Under the pieces are notes generated by a model, which was not told the origin of the DNA, searched no databases, and saw only the letters and a program-made list of their open reading frames with translations. Positions 37,854 through 47,318 of a stretch of DNA of 64,000 nucleotides are shown here, piece by piece. A program made the position numbers and the translations under genes. The stretch spans positions 41,084 to 105,083 of IMG/VR virus record IMGVR_UViG_3300030328_003747, one strand, 5' to 3'. Positions within the stretch are counted from its first letter, which is position 1. Every line of letters begins with the position of its first letter. Origin of the DNA: a virus.

Positions 37854-38123
37854 GGGACTCTATTGGTCAGATGAGTCGGGAAGCAAATCGGGTTTTTCGG
37901 ATCAGCGACACCCCATTTGCCCTACGGGGTATATACACTATACTTTACACAACGTTTCTCTCGTACGAACATTTCATTTTTTAGAAAGGGTCCCATATGG
38001 GGGTATATATGTTATATTTTATTTTGGGAATGGCGTTTACTTCGCTTTTACTAGCTCTTCTCCTTCACCAAGGTAAGCGTCATCCCTCTTGCTTTTAACG
38101 GTTAGAATGTTTAGTATCACGAT

Positions 38124-38396
38124 ATGGATCCACAAATGATGAACCAACAAATGTCAGGAATGGTTGCCCCTGATGAAATACAAGCGGAAATCAATAATCT
38201 ATCTGGAGAAGACAAGATGGCGGCTAAACAAGCTTTAATGGAGATTAGAGCGATTATTGAACAAATGATGGCTCAAGGTGCTAGCGAAGAAGAGATTATG
38301 CAAATGCTTTCTGAACTTGGAATCACTATTGAGCAACTAGAATTTGCTGAAAGATTATTTTCAGAAGAAGACAATAGCTTAGGAATTAGTATATAA
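38124..38396 (+). CDS. Small acidic Met/Gln-rich protein
   Basis: First ORF of the late + strand block. Confidence 0.6.
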   Translation: MDPQMMNQQMSGMVAPDEIQAEINNLSGEDKMAAKQALMEIRAIIEQMMAQGASEEEIMQMLSELGITIEQLEFAERLFSEEDNSLGISI

Positions 38397-38403
38397 TCAA
38401 AAA

Positions 38404-39942
38404 ATGTCATTTTTCTCAACTTTAAGTAAAGGCCTAAAAAGAAGAGCCAGATTTAATAATGCCCAAAATATGAGAGGCGGATTACCTTATCGTACAATTG
38501 AACCTTATATGGGTGGCGGAATAATGGGCAGAAGATTACCGCCAGGCTATATGGACCCTTCTTTTAATTCACAACGCAGATCTCCAGTAGGAAATCTATT
38601 TGCAGATATGCCTCAGATGCCAGAAAATCAAACAATGGATATGCAAATTTATATTAATCCAATTACTGGCCAACAAGAACAAGGCTCTTCCACAATGATT
38701 CGTTATTTGAATGAATTAAAAGCTTATTTTGATGCTAATCCAGGAGCAGAAGATTATTGGAATTCTCAACAACAAGCTGCAAAGGAGAATAATTACAGGC
38801 CAAAACCACCACCTTTAATGAATAGACCAATACAACCAATCACCAATCCTATTCAAAATCCAATAGGCGGAACACCACCACCACCTAATTTTGATGATTA
38901 CTTAGATTTTTATAGAAATCCACCAATAGGAGCGCCAACACCAGCGCCAGCGCCAGTTCAAGGTACGCCTAGCAACCCATATGATTTAGGAACAGCTACA
39001 ACAACACCTAGTGAGTACGGCACACGACCAATAGATGGTAGTGGTTATCAACCTAAATATTATGTGGGTGATTGGGGTCCAGGTGGTCAACCTGTACCGC
39101 CAAAAGCACAACCAGATCCAATAGGTGCTCCTGCACCTATAAACCCAATAGGCAAACAACCGCCAGGTTTTAATATGCAAGGTGGCTACCCACCAGTAAA
39201 AATGTCTTTAGGTGGTGATATTGCTAAAACAGCAGCAAGGGCAGCTTACAAAAAAGCTACCGCTCCTTTACAGATGGCTGCTTTAGCTACTAATTTAATT
39301 GCTCCAAATTCAAAAGCAGCAGGTTTTCTTAAAAAAGCAGCTACTCCTTTTTCAAATGGTGGTCTAGCACAAGCATTTCAAAAAAAAAAGAATTTAGCTT
39401 CATACAGTAATGGCGGTATTGTTGATACGGTAATAAAAATAATTTCTGACCCAAGTAAAAGAACACTTTCAGATACAGAAATAAAAATAGTTCAGCAAAT
39501 GATACTTGATGGAAAATCTCCTGAAGAAATGGCTAGAATGGTTAAAGATTATAGATCTGCAATTGGTAGCCAAAGACCTATTAAATTTTCTGACAAAATT
39601 AGAGTTGGGCCAGAGTCTAGGTATAAAATGGACAGAGGGGGTCGGATGATTCCTCAAATCTCTCAAGGAGTACCACAAAATACTTTTAAAAGCCGTATTA
39701 AAGATCTTCTTAAGCTAGGAACAAAGGCACCCAAATTTTCACTACCATCATTAGCGTTAGGCTTAGGTTCAGGATTAGCTCTTGACTATTTCTTTGATGA
39801 TGAGGATGTACCAGCTCCAGTAATGGATTCAGGTAGGACTATATCAGATAGAGATCGTATGATAATGGAACGTATGATGGGCAGAGAGCTTAGTGACCAA
39901 GAGATTCAGATGCTTATAGAATCACTTCAATCAGATGAGTAA
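38404..39942 (+). CDS. Pro/Gly-rich putative internal virion protein
   Basis: Low complexity; MSLGG, FSNGG, YSNGG, MDRGG motifs; three R(T/E)(I/L)SD repeats. Confidence 0.55.
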   Translation: MSFFSTLSKGLKRRARFNNAQNMRGGLPYRTIEPYMGGGIMGRRLPPGYMDPSFNSQRRSPVGNLFADMPQMPENQTMDMQIYINPITGQQEQGSSTMIRYLNELKAYFDANPGAEDYWNSQQQAAKENNYRPKPPPLMNRPIQPITNPIQNPIGGTPPPPNFDDYLDFYRNPPIGAPTPAPAPVQGTPSNPYDLGTATTTPSEYGTRPIDGSGYQPKYYVGDWGPGGQPVPPKAQPDPIGAPAPINPIGKQPPGFNMQGGYPPVKMSLGGDIAKTAARAAYKKATAPLQMAALATNLIAPNSKAAGFLKKAATPFSNGGLAQAFQKKKNLASYSNGGIVDTVIKIISDPSKRTLSDTEIKIVQQMILDGKSPEEMARMVKDYRSAIGSQRPIKFSDKIRVGPESRYKMDRGGRMIPQISQGVPQNTFKSRIKDLLKLGTKAPKFSLPSLALGLGSGLALDYFFDDEDVPAPVMDSGRTISDRDRMIMERMMGRELSDQEIQMLIESLQSDE

Positions 39943-39944
39943 AC

Positions 39945-42326
39945 ATGTTTGGGGTAGAAGACACTCGACCTAAAAAAAGTAAGTTATCTAAAACTTTAAA
40001 AGAATATAAAGCTAGAAGAGCAGAAGCTTTAGCTCCCGTAAAAGAAAAAATAGACCAAATACAATCCTTAATTGATGAGGGTAAGAATAGAGAAGCTTAC
40101 CGTATTTTTGAAGAGCTCCCACTTGCTGATCAGCTAGCAGTTAGTTTAGCCCCTGGTGTGGGTGACGCACTTGCAGTTTTTGAAACTAAGGAATTTGGTA
40201 CTAGAGGGGGTGAGCGTTTTGAAGAAGGTGATGTTCTTGGTGGTTTAGGTAATTATTTACTTTCAGGACTTTCAGGAATTTCTACTATTCCTTTTTTTGG
40301 CGCAGTAGGAGATGTGGCTAAGATTGGAGTTAAGGGTATAGGTAGAGCTGCTAGAACGGCAGACGATATGGGTGGTGGACCTTCATCTGTAAAAATAGAC
40401 GATCCAAGAGCAAATGAATATGCAGGAACTAGACCAGAAATTCGTCCAGTTGATACGGAAAATATGCAATTTAAAGCAATTACAGAGGAGCCCCCTTCCT
40501 CTGGTTTTGGGTTAATATCAGGCACTAGAGAATTTCTTCAAAATTTACCTAACCGAGATAAACCAAAAAATATAGAAAGTTTAATATCTCAAATAAAAAA
40601 ACATAATCCTAGATATGAAGGAGAGCTTAGAGGTTTAAAAGTTCTTGATGATAACGGAAAAATAAGCCAAGAATTTAAAGATTACTTTAAAGCGCTTCCA
40701 GAATATTCTGAGGGCAAGATACCGCCAAATGCATTTGATGCATATTTGGCAAGAAATCAAAAAGATTTATTCAATATTCAAGAGGTTCCTCAGGAACATT
40801 TTGCATCTCCTGGGTACGGAGATATTATTGATGAGGTAGAAACACAAAGAGTTTATAGAATTAAGGGTGTTGATCCAGGTAAATCAGGAAATATTGGACC
40901 ATTACATTACAAAAAAGATGCTGAGATGTTACATGACGGTAAAATACTTCGCTATCCTGACTATTATTCAATGGATTCTACTGATGTTCGAAACACATCT
41001 TTAGGTAATGAACTGAGGGTTAACAGAGTTCAGTCTGATTATGTGGAAGAAATAGGCAAAATTACAGAAAAAAGAAAAATAGAGGGAGAAAGGCAATCGC
41101 CCTATTTGTCTGACGGTAAAGAAGAATTTTTAAAACCACCTACCGTAGATGTAATTGAAAAAAAACTTGCAGCTGATCTTGATAAAACAAATAAACTTGC
41201 TAAAGAAATAAATGAATTAAAGTATAGTAGGTTTGACGATATGTTTAATGCGGATGCAAGTCCAAAGTTAGCTACTGATATTGACCCTAAAAATATGAGC
41301 ACTAGACTAACAAAAGAAGAAGGCACAAGACTTAATCTTTTAGAATTAGACCACCAATCAGCTTCAGATGCACTTGAGAAAAAAATAAAAGATTTGGCTC
41401 CAGATAGGGCACTAGCTAATACTAAAATAAGAGAAATAGCAGCTGGAAAAGTATCTGAATTTGTAATGCCTCCTGGACTAGAAAATATTTTTAAATTTTT
41501 AAAAGCTCGTACAAAAATGTTAGAAGATAGTTCTGGCAAATCTAATCCTTTAAGATTTGATGCTTCAGCTTATGCGGGAATAGGAGAAGCTCTTGACCCA
41601 AACCTATTAGATTCAACTTTTGGTTTGCCATACGACAATTTTAAGCTTAAGTTCAACCCTGAACTTTTTACAGGTACTAAAACTGACCCACTTTCTTTAA
41701 CAGTAAAGGGTGAAAAAACTTTAGATGACATAATTGATAGACTTAATCAGAGCGTCATTGAATCTAACGAAGCTATAAATTTAAGAAATCAAGACCTACA
41801 TTTAAAAGATCCTTATGCTACTGATGTATCATCAAAATCAGAAATTTTACCAACTCGAAACTTAATAAATTTAGCAGCGCAAAATCCTGATATAGATTAT
41901 CTTACTATGTATCCTCAAAAAATATTAAAAAGTGAAGATGTAAGTCAAAGATATAGGACAAATAAAAAAAATCAAGGACATTACAACGATATAGTTACTG
42001 AAACAAGAAGGGTTCTTAAAGAGTTGGGCGTAGATAGAAATGCATTAGATGTTAAAAAAATTGACAAAAACTATACAAAAGATTTTGGTGTTGACCAAAA
42101 AATGGTGCCTTTGAAAAGTCTTGATGTGGATCATTTTCTAGACCCATTTAACCAAGGTTATGACCTAGATTTTAAGGTTCCTGTAGACGACAAATTAAAA
42201 GTTACTGAAAGTTATGTGCTTGATTTAGAGCCTATCAGAAAAGCAATAATAGAAGACGGTAAAAGAATTAAAGCATTCAAATATGGGGGATTAGCTAATA
42301 TAGATAGATTATTAAATAATTTATGA
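39945..42326 (+). CDS. Large putative internal virion protein
   Basis: APGVGDALA amphipathic region, RVNRVQSD, C-terminal FKYGG. Confidence 0.55.
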   Translation: MFGVEDTRPKKSKLSKTLKEYKARRAEALAPVKEKIDQIQSLIDEGKNREAYRIFEELPLADQLAVSLAPGVGDALAVFETKEFGTRGGERFEEGDVLGGLGNYLLSGLSGISTIPFFGAVGDVAKIGVKGIGRAARTADDMGGGPSSVKIDDPRANEYAGTRPEIRPVDTENMQFKAITEEPPSSGFGLISGTREFLQNLPNRDKPKNIESLISQIKKHNPRYEGELRGLKVLDDNGKISQEFKDYFKALPEYSEGKIPPNAFDAYLARNQKDLFNIQEVPQEHFASPGYGDIIDEVETQRVYRIKGVDPGKSGNIGPLHYKKDAEMLHDGKILRYPDYYSMDSTDVRNTSLGNELRVNRVQSDYVEEIGKITEKRKIEGERQSPYLSDGKEEFLKPPTVDVIEKKLAADLDKTNKLAKEINELKYSRFDDMFNADASPKLATDIDPKNMSTRLTKEEGTRLNLLELDHQSASDALEKKIKDLAPDRALANTKIREIAAGKVSEFVMPPGLENIFKFLKARTKMLEDSSGKSNPLRFDASAYAGIGEALDPNLLDSTFGLPYDNFKLKFNPELFTGTKTDPLSLTVKGEKTLDDIIDRLNQSVIESNEAINLRNQDLHLKDPYATDVSSKSEILPTRNLINLAAQNPDIDYLTMYPQKILKSEDVSQRYRTNKKNQGHYNDIVTETRRVLKELGVDRNALDVKKIDKNYTKDFGVDQKMVPLKSLDVDHFLDPFNQGYDLDFKVPVDDKLKVTESYVLDLEPIRKAIIEDGKRIKAFKYGGLANIDRLLNNL

Positions 42327-43783
42327 CATTACAAAGCTTATCAGATGCCGAGCTTAGAGAGGCGCTGCTACTAAAAGAACGTTTAGAAGTTCTTAAAAAT
42401 CAAGAAACCTGCCAAGAAGGTTTTATGGATTTTATCGAGCACATATGGCCTGAATTTATCTGCGGTCGACATCATAAAATTTTTGCTCAGAAGCTAGAAG
42501 ATATAGCTACTGGCAAAATTAACCGTTTAATTGTTAACATGCCACCAAGACACACTAAGTCTGAATTTGCTTCTACTTACTTTCCTGCTTGGGTTATGGG
42601 TAAATACCCTAATAAAAAAATTATGCAAACAACCCATACTGGAGAACTTGCTGTTAGGTTTGGTCGTAAAGTTAGAAACTTAATGGATACTGAAGAATAT
42701 TCGGCCATCTTTCCTCAAGTAAATTTATCGGCAGATTCCAAGTCTGCTGGTCGTTGGGAAACAAATAAAGGTGGTGAGTATTTCGCTGCGGGTGTAGGGG
42801 GAGCTATTACAGGTCGAGGTGCAGACTTACTTATAATAGATGACCCACATTCAGAACAAGATGCTTTGAGCTTAACGGCTATGGAGAGTGCTTGGGAATG
42901 GTACACATCTGGACCACGACAACGTTTACAACCTAAAGGAGCAATAGTTTTAGTTATGACTAGATGGAGTCAGGTAGATCTAACTCAAAAATTATTAGAC
43001 GCTCAAAAAGAACCTTTAGCAGATCAATGGGAAGTAATAGAGTTTCCAGCTATTTTTCCTGATACCGAAAAACCGTTATGGCCTGAGTTTTGGCCTATTG
43101 ATGAATTGCTTAAAGTTAAAGCTTCTCTACCTAATATTAAATGGAATGCTCAATGGATGCAGACACCAACGGCTGAAGAAGGTTCAATTATTAAGCGTGA
43201 ATGGTGGAATGAATGGAAACATGAGTCACTTCCTAATGTACAATATATTATTCAATCATATGATACAGCGTTCAGTAAGAAACAGACTGCTGACTATAGC
43301 GCTATTAGCACTTGGGGTGTTTTTAGACCTTCAGAGGATGCCCCTGATTCGATTATTCTTTTGGACTGCCAGAAGGGTAGGTGGGATTTTCCAGATTTGA
43401 AAAAAACAGCTATGGATGAATACAAATATTGGGAACCAGATATGGTGTTAATAGAAGCTAAAGCATCAGGAACTCCACTAACACACGAGCTTAGAAGGCT
43501 TGGGATTCCTGTCGTCAATTACACCCCATCAAGAGGACAAGACAAACATTCTCGTATGCATTCAGTTGCGCCTATTTTTGAGTCAGGTTTGGTATGGGCA
43601 CCACAAAAAGCTTTTGCTGATGATATGATTGAAGAATGTGCGTCATTTCCTTTCGCAGCCAACGATGATTTATGTGATACAATGACTCAAGCTTTGATGC
43701 GTTTCCGTGAAGGTGGATTAGTTTCTTTAGGAGATGATTATGAAGAGGAAGACAAAGCTCCTATAAAGAGGGTATATTATTAG
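42323..43783 (+). CDS. terL: Terminase large subunit
   Basis: NMPPRHTKSE, GRGADLLIIDDP, VMTRW, QSYDTA, IEAKASG, DDLCDTMTQA. Confidence 0.95.
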   Translation: MTLQSLSDAELREALLLKERLEVLKNQETCQEGFMDFIEHIWPEFICGRHHKIFAQKLEDIATGKINRLIVNMPPRHTKSEFASTYFPAWVMGKYPNKKIMQTTHTGELAVRFGRKVRNLMDTEEYSAIFPQVNLSADSKSAGRWETNKGGEYFAAGVGGAITGRGADLLIIDDPHSEQDALSLTAMESAWEWYTSGPRQRLQPKGAIVLVMTRWSQVDLTQKLLDAQKEPLADQWEVIEFPAIFPDTEKPLWPEFWPIDELLKVKASLPNIKWNAQWMQTPTAEEGSIIKREWWNEWKHESLPNVQYIIQSYDTAFSKKQTADYSAISTWGVFRPSEDAPDSIILLDCQKGRWDFPDLKKTAMDEYKYWEPDMVLIEAKASGTPLTHELRRLGIPVVNYTPSRGQDKHSRMHSVAPIFESGLVWAPQKAFADDMIEECASFPFAANDDLCDTMTQALMRFREGGLVSLGDDYEEEDKAPIKRVYY

Positions 43784-43784
43784 T

Positions 43785-43964
43785 ATGATTCAGTTCTATA
43801 TGACAGAATACGAAAAAGACGGTAAAAAAGTAGATGGCCCTTTGATTATGGCTCCGAATGCAGAGGTTGCAAGTATTCAGGCAAAAGATTTAAAATTACA
43901 ATTAGTTGGCGAAATGTTCCCTTTAATGGATATTGCTAGCTACAAAGAAAGGCAGATACATTAA
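43785..43964 (+). CDS. Small hypothetical protein (59 aa, not in track)
   Basis: MIQFYMTEYEKDGKKVDGPLIMA...; fills TerL-portal gap with TAATG overlap. Confidence 0.6.
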   Translation: MIQFYMTEYEKDGKKVDGPLIMAPNAEVASIQAKDLKLQLVGEMFPLMDIASYKERQIH

Positions 43965-46426
43965 TGGCAATAGAAAGACAAGGCGAATTACCAAAAGCAG
44001 AAACGCCAACTGAAGAAGAATTTATCGAACAAATAACAATATCTCAACCAGAAGAAGAGGTTGGTTTTGTTATGATGGAAGATGGAAGCGCAATTCCTGA
44101 AAGTGAGTTAGATGTTCCTCAAGAAGTTTCCTTTTATGACAACTTAGCCGAAAGTATGGAAGAGGATGAGCTTAATAAAATATCTAATGATCTTATGGCT
44201 GGAGTAGAGAAAGACAAATCTTCTAGATCCGATTGGGAAAAAACTTATACAGATGGACTTAAATATCTTGGTATGAAGTTTGACGAAGATAGATCAGAAC
44301 CTTTTGAGGGTGCTTCAGGTGTTATTCACCCATTACTAGGAGAAGCAGTTACTTCTTTTCAGGCACAAGCCTATAAAGAGTTATTGCCAGCAGGCGGCCC
44401 TGTAAAAACACAAGTGTTAGGTAATTATGACTCTGATGTTGAATTACAAGCACAAAGAGTTAAAGAATTTATGAATTATCAAATCGTTCATAAAATGGAA
44501 GAGTATGACCAAGAACTAGATCAATTGTTATTTTACCTACCTTTAGCGGGTTCAGCATTTAAAAAGGTTTATTATGATGAAGCTTTGGGTCGTGCTGTAT
44601 CAAAGTTTGTTGCTCCTGAAGATTTAATTGTTCCTTATTACACAACGGACTTAGAATCATGTTCTCGAATAACAAATGTAGTTAAGATGTCAGAAAATGA
44701 TGTTAAAAAATTACAAGCAACAGGTTTTTATAGAAAGGTAGAAGTTAAGTTGGGAGAAGACAATCAATATGGTGAAGTAGACGAAGAAATAGAAAAGTTA
44801 ACAGGAATGCAACAAAGCTACGATGATGGTGAAGTTGCAATTCTATACGAAATTCACGCAAATTTGGATATACCAGGTTTTGAAGATATGGGTAAAGATG
44901 GTGAGCCTACAGGAGTTAAGCTTCCTTACATCATTACTATTGACTCTAATTCAAATGAAGTGTTATCAATCAGAAGAAATTTTAATGAGGATGATCCTCT
45001 AAAGAATAAAGTAGAATACTTTGTTCATTTTAAGTTTTTACCAGGACTAGGATTTTACGGTTTTGGTTTAACTCATATGATAGGTGGCCTGTCAAAGGCA
45101 TCCACGTCCATTATGAGGCAATTGATTGATGCAGGTACCCTTGCAAACCTACCTGCTGGGTTTAAGACAAGAGGTATTAGGATAAGGGATGAAGATACAC
45201 CCTTACAGCCTGGAGAATTCAGAGATGTGGATGCCCCTGGTGGGTCTTTAAGAGAGTCGATACAACCGCTTCCTTTTAAAGAACCTAGCGGAACTTTATT
45301 AAATTTACTTGGAATTTTGGTTGATTCTGGTAAAACCTTTGCCTCTATTGCAGAAATTAATACAGGCCAAGGTAATCCACAAGCTCCAGTTGGAACAACT
45401 ATGGCATTATTAGAAAGGTCAACAAAAGTATTATCTGCCATTCATAAAAGATTACATAATGCTCAACGCAAAGAATTTAAACTTCTATCAAAAGTTTTCC
45501 AAGAGTATTTGCCTAATGAATTTCCATACATGACACCAGAAGGCAATCAAGAAGTAGGAGCTCAAGACTTTAACGACAGAGTTGATATAGTTCCAGTTTC
45601 AAATCCAGACATATTTAGCACATCACAAAGAATAGCTATGGCTCAAGAAATGATGCAATTAGTTAACTCAAACCCAGAAATACATGGGGGAGACGGTATA
45701 TACGAATCTTACCGTAGAATGTATGCTGCTATTGGTGTAGATAACCCCGATCAATTATTGGTGCCACCACCAAATAGTGATCCACTACCTGTTGAAGCTG
45801 GTATGGAAAACAATATGTTATTAATGGGCCAACCTGCACAAGCTTTTCCAGAACAAAATCATGATGCACATATAGCTATTCATATGAGTTTATTTAATAC
45901 ACCACCAGTTCAATCAAATGCAGGAATACAAGCTATGATTCATTCTCATATTATGCAACACTTACAAATGAAAGCTGATAATCTTGGTATAGAGCAAATG
46001 CCACCTGAAATTAGACAGCAATACGAACAAATGTCTGCTCAAATGCAACAAACTCCAGCTCCTGAACAAGAAAGGCTTCAAGCACAAATACAACAACTGG
46101 TTGCTCAATTTTCAGCTCCAATTTTAGCTGAACTTGTTAATGAATATACTCAAAAAGTTTCATCTCCAAGTGATGAAGATCCTTTAGTAACAATTAGAAA
46201 ACAAGAACTAGCTCTTAAAGGTCAAGAATTAGCTCAAGAACAGCAACAATTTGTAGCTGATCAGCAGAGAAGATCTGAAGAATCTAGTAGAGAAGATAGG
46301 ATAGATGTTGAAAGAATTAAAACTCAAGAAAAAATTGCTGATGAAAAAGCAGACCTAACTAGAGAAAGAATGGAATTGCAAAAACAATTAAAAATACAAG
46401 ATTTGATACAAAAATATCAAAAGTAA
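43964..46426 (+). CDS. Portal protein (phage B)
   Basis: SRSDWE, PFEGASGVIHP, LPLAGSAFKKVYYD, GFYGFGL, PGEFRDVD, APVGTT motifs. Confidence 0.92.
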   Translation: MAIERQGELPKAETPTEEEFIEQITISQPEEEVGFVMMEDGSAIPESELDVPQEVSFYDNLAESMEEDELNKISNDLMAGVEKDKSSRSDWEKTYTDGLKYLGMKFDEDRSEPFEGASGVIHPLLGEAVTSFQAQAYKELLPAGGPVKTQVLGNYDSDVELQAQRVKEFMNYQIVHKMEEYDQELDQLLFYLPLAGSAFKKVYYDEALGRAVSKFVAPEDLIVPYYTTDLESCSRITNVVKMSENDVKKLQATGFYRKVEVKLGEDNQYGEVDEEIEKLTGMQQSYDDGEVAILYEIHANLDIPGFEDMGKDGEPTGVKLPYIITIDSNSNEVLSIRRNFNEDDPLKNKVEYFVHFKFLPGLGFYGFGLTHMIGGLSKASTSIMRQLIDAGTLANLPAGFKTRGIRIRDEDTPLQPGEFRDVDAPGGSLRESIQPLPFKEPSGTLLNLLGILVDSGKTFASIAEINTGQGNPQAPVGTTMALLERSTKVLSAIHKRLHNAQRKEFKLLSKVFQEYLPNEFPYMTPEGNQEVGAQDFNDRVDIVPVSNPDIFSTSQRIAMAQEMMQLVNSNPEIHGGDGIYESYRRMYAAIGVDNPDQLLVPPPNSDPLPVEAGMENNMLLMGQPAQAFPEQNHDAHIAIHMSLFNTPPVQSNAGIQAMIHSHIMQHLQMKADNLGIEQMPPEIRQQYEQMSAQMQQTPAPEQERLQAQIQQLVAQFSAPILAELVNEYTQKVSSPSDEDPLVTIRKQELALKGQELAQEQQQFVADQQRRSEESSREDRIDVERIKTQEKIADEKADLTRERMELQKQLKIQDLIQKYQK

Positions 46427-46440
46427 CTTATAATACAAAA

Positions 46441-46644
46441 ATGATTAAGAGAACAAATATAAACAAACTATCAAACCCAAAGGTTATGAAGAACAAACAA
46501 AGTTATAGTAACAAGGGTAGTGTTTCTTATGCTCAGAAGAAAAAATTTAGTGCCAACACCACACCAAAACCTGGTATGGGTAAAGGTAAATCAAGAGGTG
46601 TAGGTATAGCCGAATCAGGAACTAAATTTTCAGGCGTGTATTAA
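46441..46644 (+). CDS. Small basic protein
   Basis: Lys-rich, ends RGVGIAESGTKFSGVY. Confidence 0.6.
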   Translation: MIKRTNINKLSNPKVMKNKQSYSNKGSVSYAQKKKFSANTTPKPGMGKGKSRGVGIAESGTKFSGVY

Positions 46645-46862
46645 TGTCAGTAGTTTGGGTGAGGGATAATTTAGTAAAATACCTTCGAGAAAATCGAGAG
46701 GGTATAAAAGACACTATATTGGCTGGTGTCAAAGATATGAGTCAATTAGAGTATCTGCGGGGGCAATATACAGCTCTGGCCCAAGTAGAGACAGAACTTA
46801 GAGAGCTGCTAGGAAAGGTTATTGAAGATGACGAAAACGACGAACAAGGTAATAGTACCTGA
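46644..46862 (+). CDS. Small conserved head-module protein
   Basis: LAGVKDMSQLEYLRGQ pattern. Confidence 0.65.
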   Translation: MSVVWVRDNLVKYLRENREGIKDTILAGVKDMSQLEYLRGQYTALAQVETELRELLGKVIEDDENDEQGNST

Positions 46863-47310
46863 CCACGTTGCTAAACAGGTAGAAGAGCAAAACAAAGAAA
46901 CAGGAGAAAAAGTCGAAGAGGCTTATGTTCCTGAAAAATCTAGAGTTCTAGATCCAACACTTTTAGATAAATCAATAATAGAAAGAATGCCACAACCAAC
47001 TGGTTGGAGAATGTTAATTCTTCCATTTGCTGGTATGGGTGTTTCTAAAGGTGGAATTCAATTATTACAAAACACAATAGATAGGGAAACCCTAGCAACC
47101 GTATGCGCATACGTTGTGAAGATGGGTCCTAGCTGTTACAAGGACGCAAAGTTTGAAGGAGAAAGCTGGTGTAAGGAAAAACAATGGGTGCTGATAGGAC
47201 GGTATGCAGGAGCTAAGTTTAAATTAGGTGATGATGCAGAATGCAGAATTATTAATGATGATGAAGTGATTGCAACCATACATGATCCTACAGACATCGT
47301 TGCAATATAG
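46828..47310 (+). CDS. groES: Co-chaperonin GroES-like protein
   Basis: PTGWRMLILP, SKGGI, VVKMGP, RYAG, RIINDDEVIA. Confidence 0.85.
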   Translation: MTKTTNKVIVPDHVAKQVEEQNKETGEKVEEAYVPEKSRVLDPTLLDKSIIERMPQPTGWRMLILPFAGMGVSKGGIQLLQNTIDRETLATVCAYVVKMGPSCYKDAKFEGESWCKEKQWVLIGRYAGAKFKLGDDAECRIINDDEVIATIHDPTDIVAI

Positions 47311-47318
47311 GAGTTTTT

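Larger units (their letters stand above)
35679..37931 (+). repeat. Five intergenic modules with ordered TCGG / ACAC / CCWGG motif clusters
   Basis: Motif clusters read directly in spacers at ~35680, 36230, 36660, 37360 and 37870 (last lacks CCWGG). Confidence 0.7.

Noticed and set aside
35679-37931. CRISPR array or integron attC array
   Set aside because: No constant-length repeat/spacer periodicity, no recognisable attC core-site pairs, and no cas or integrase gene
37822-38076. Track ORF of 84 aa
   Set aside because: Starts inside a terminator, lacks an RBS and crosses the motif spacer; probably non-coding
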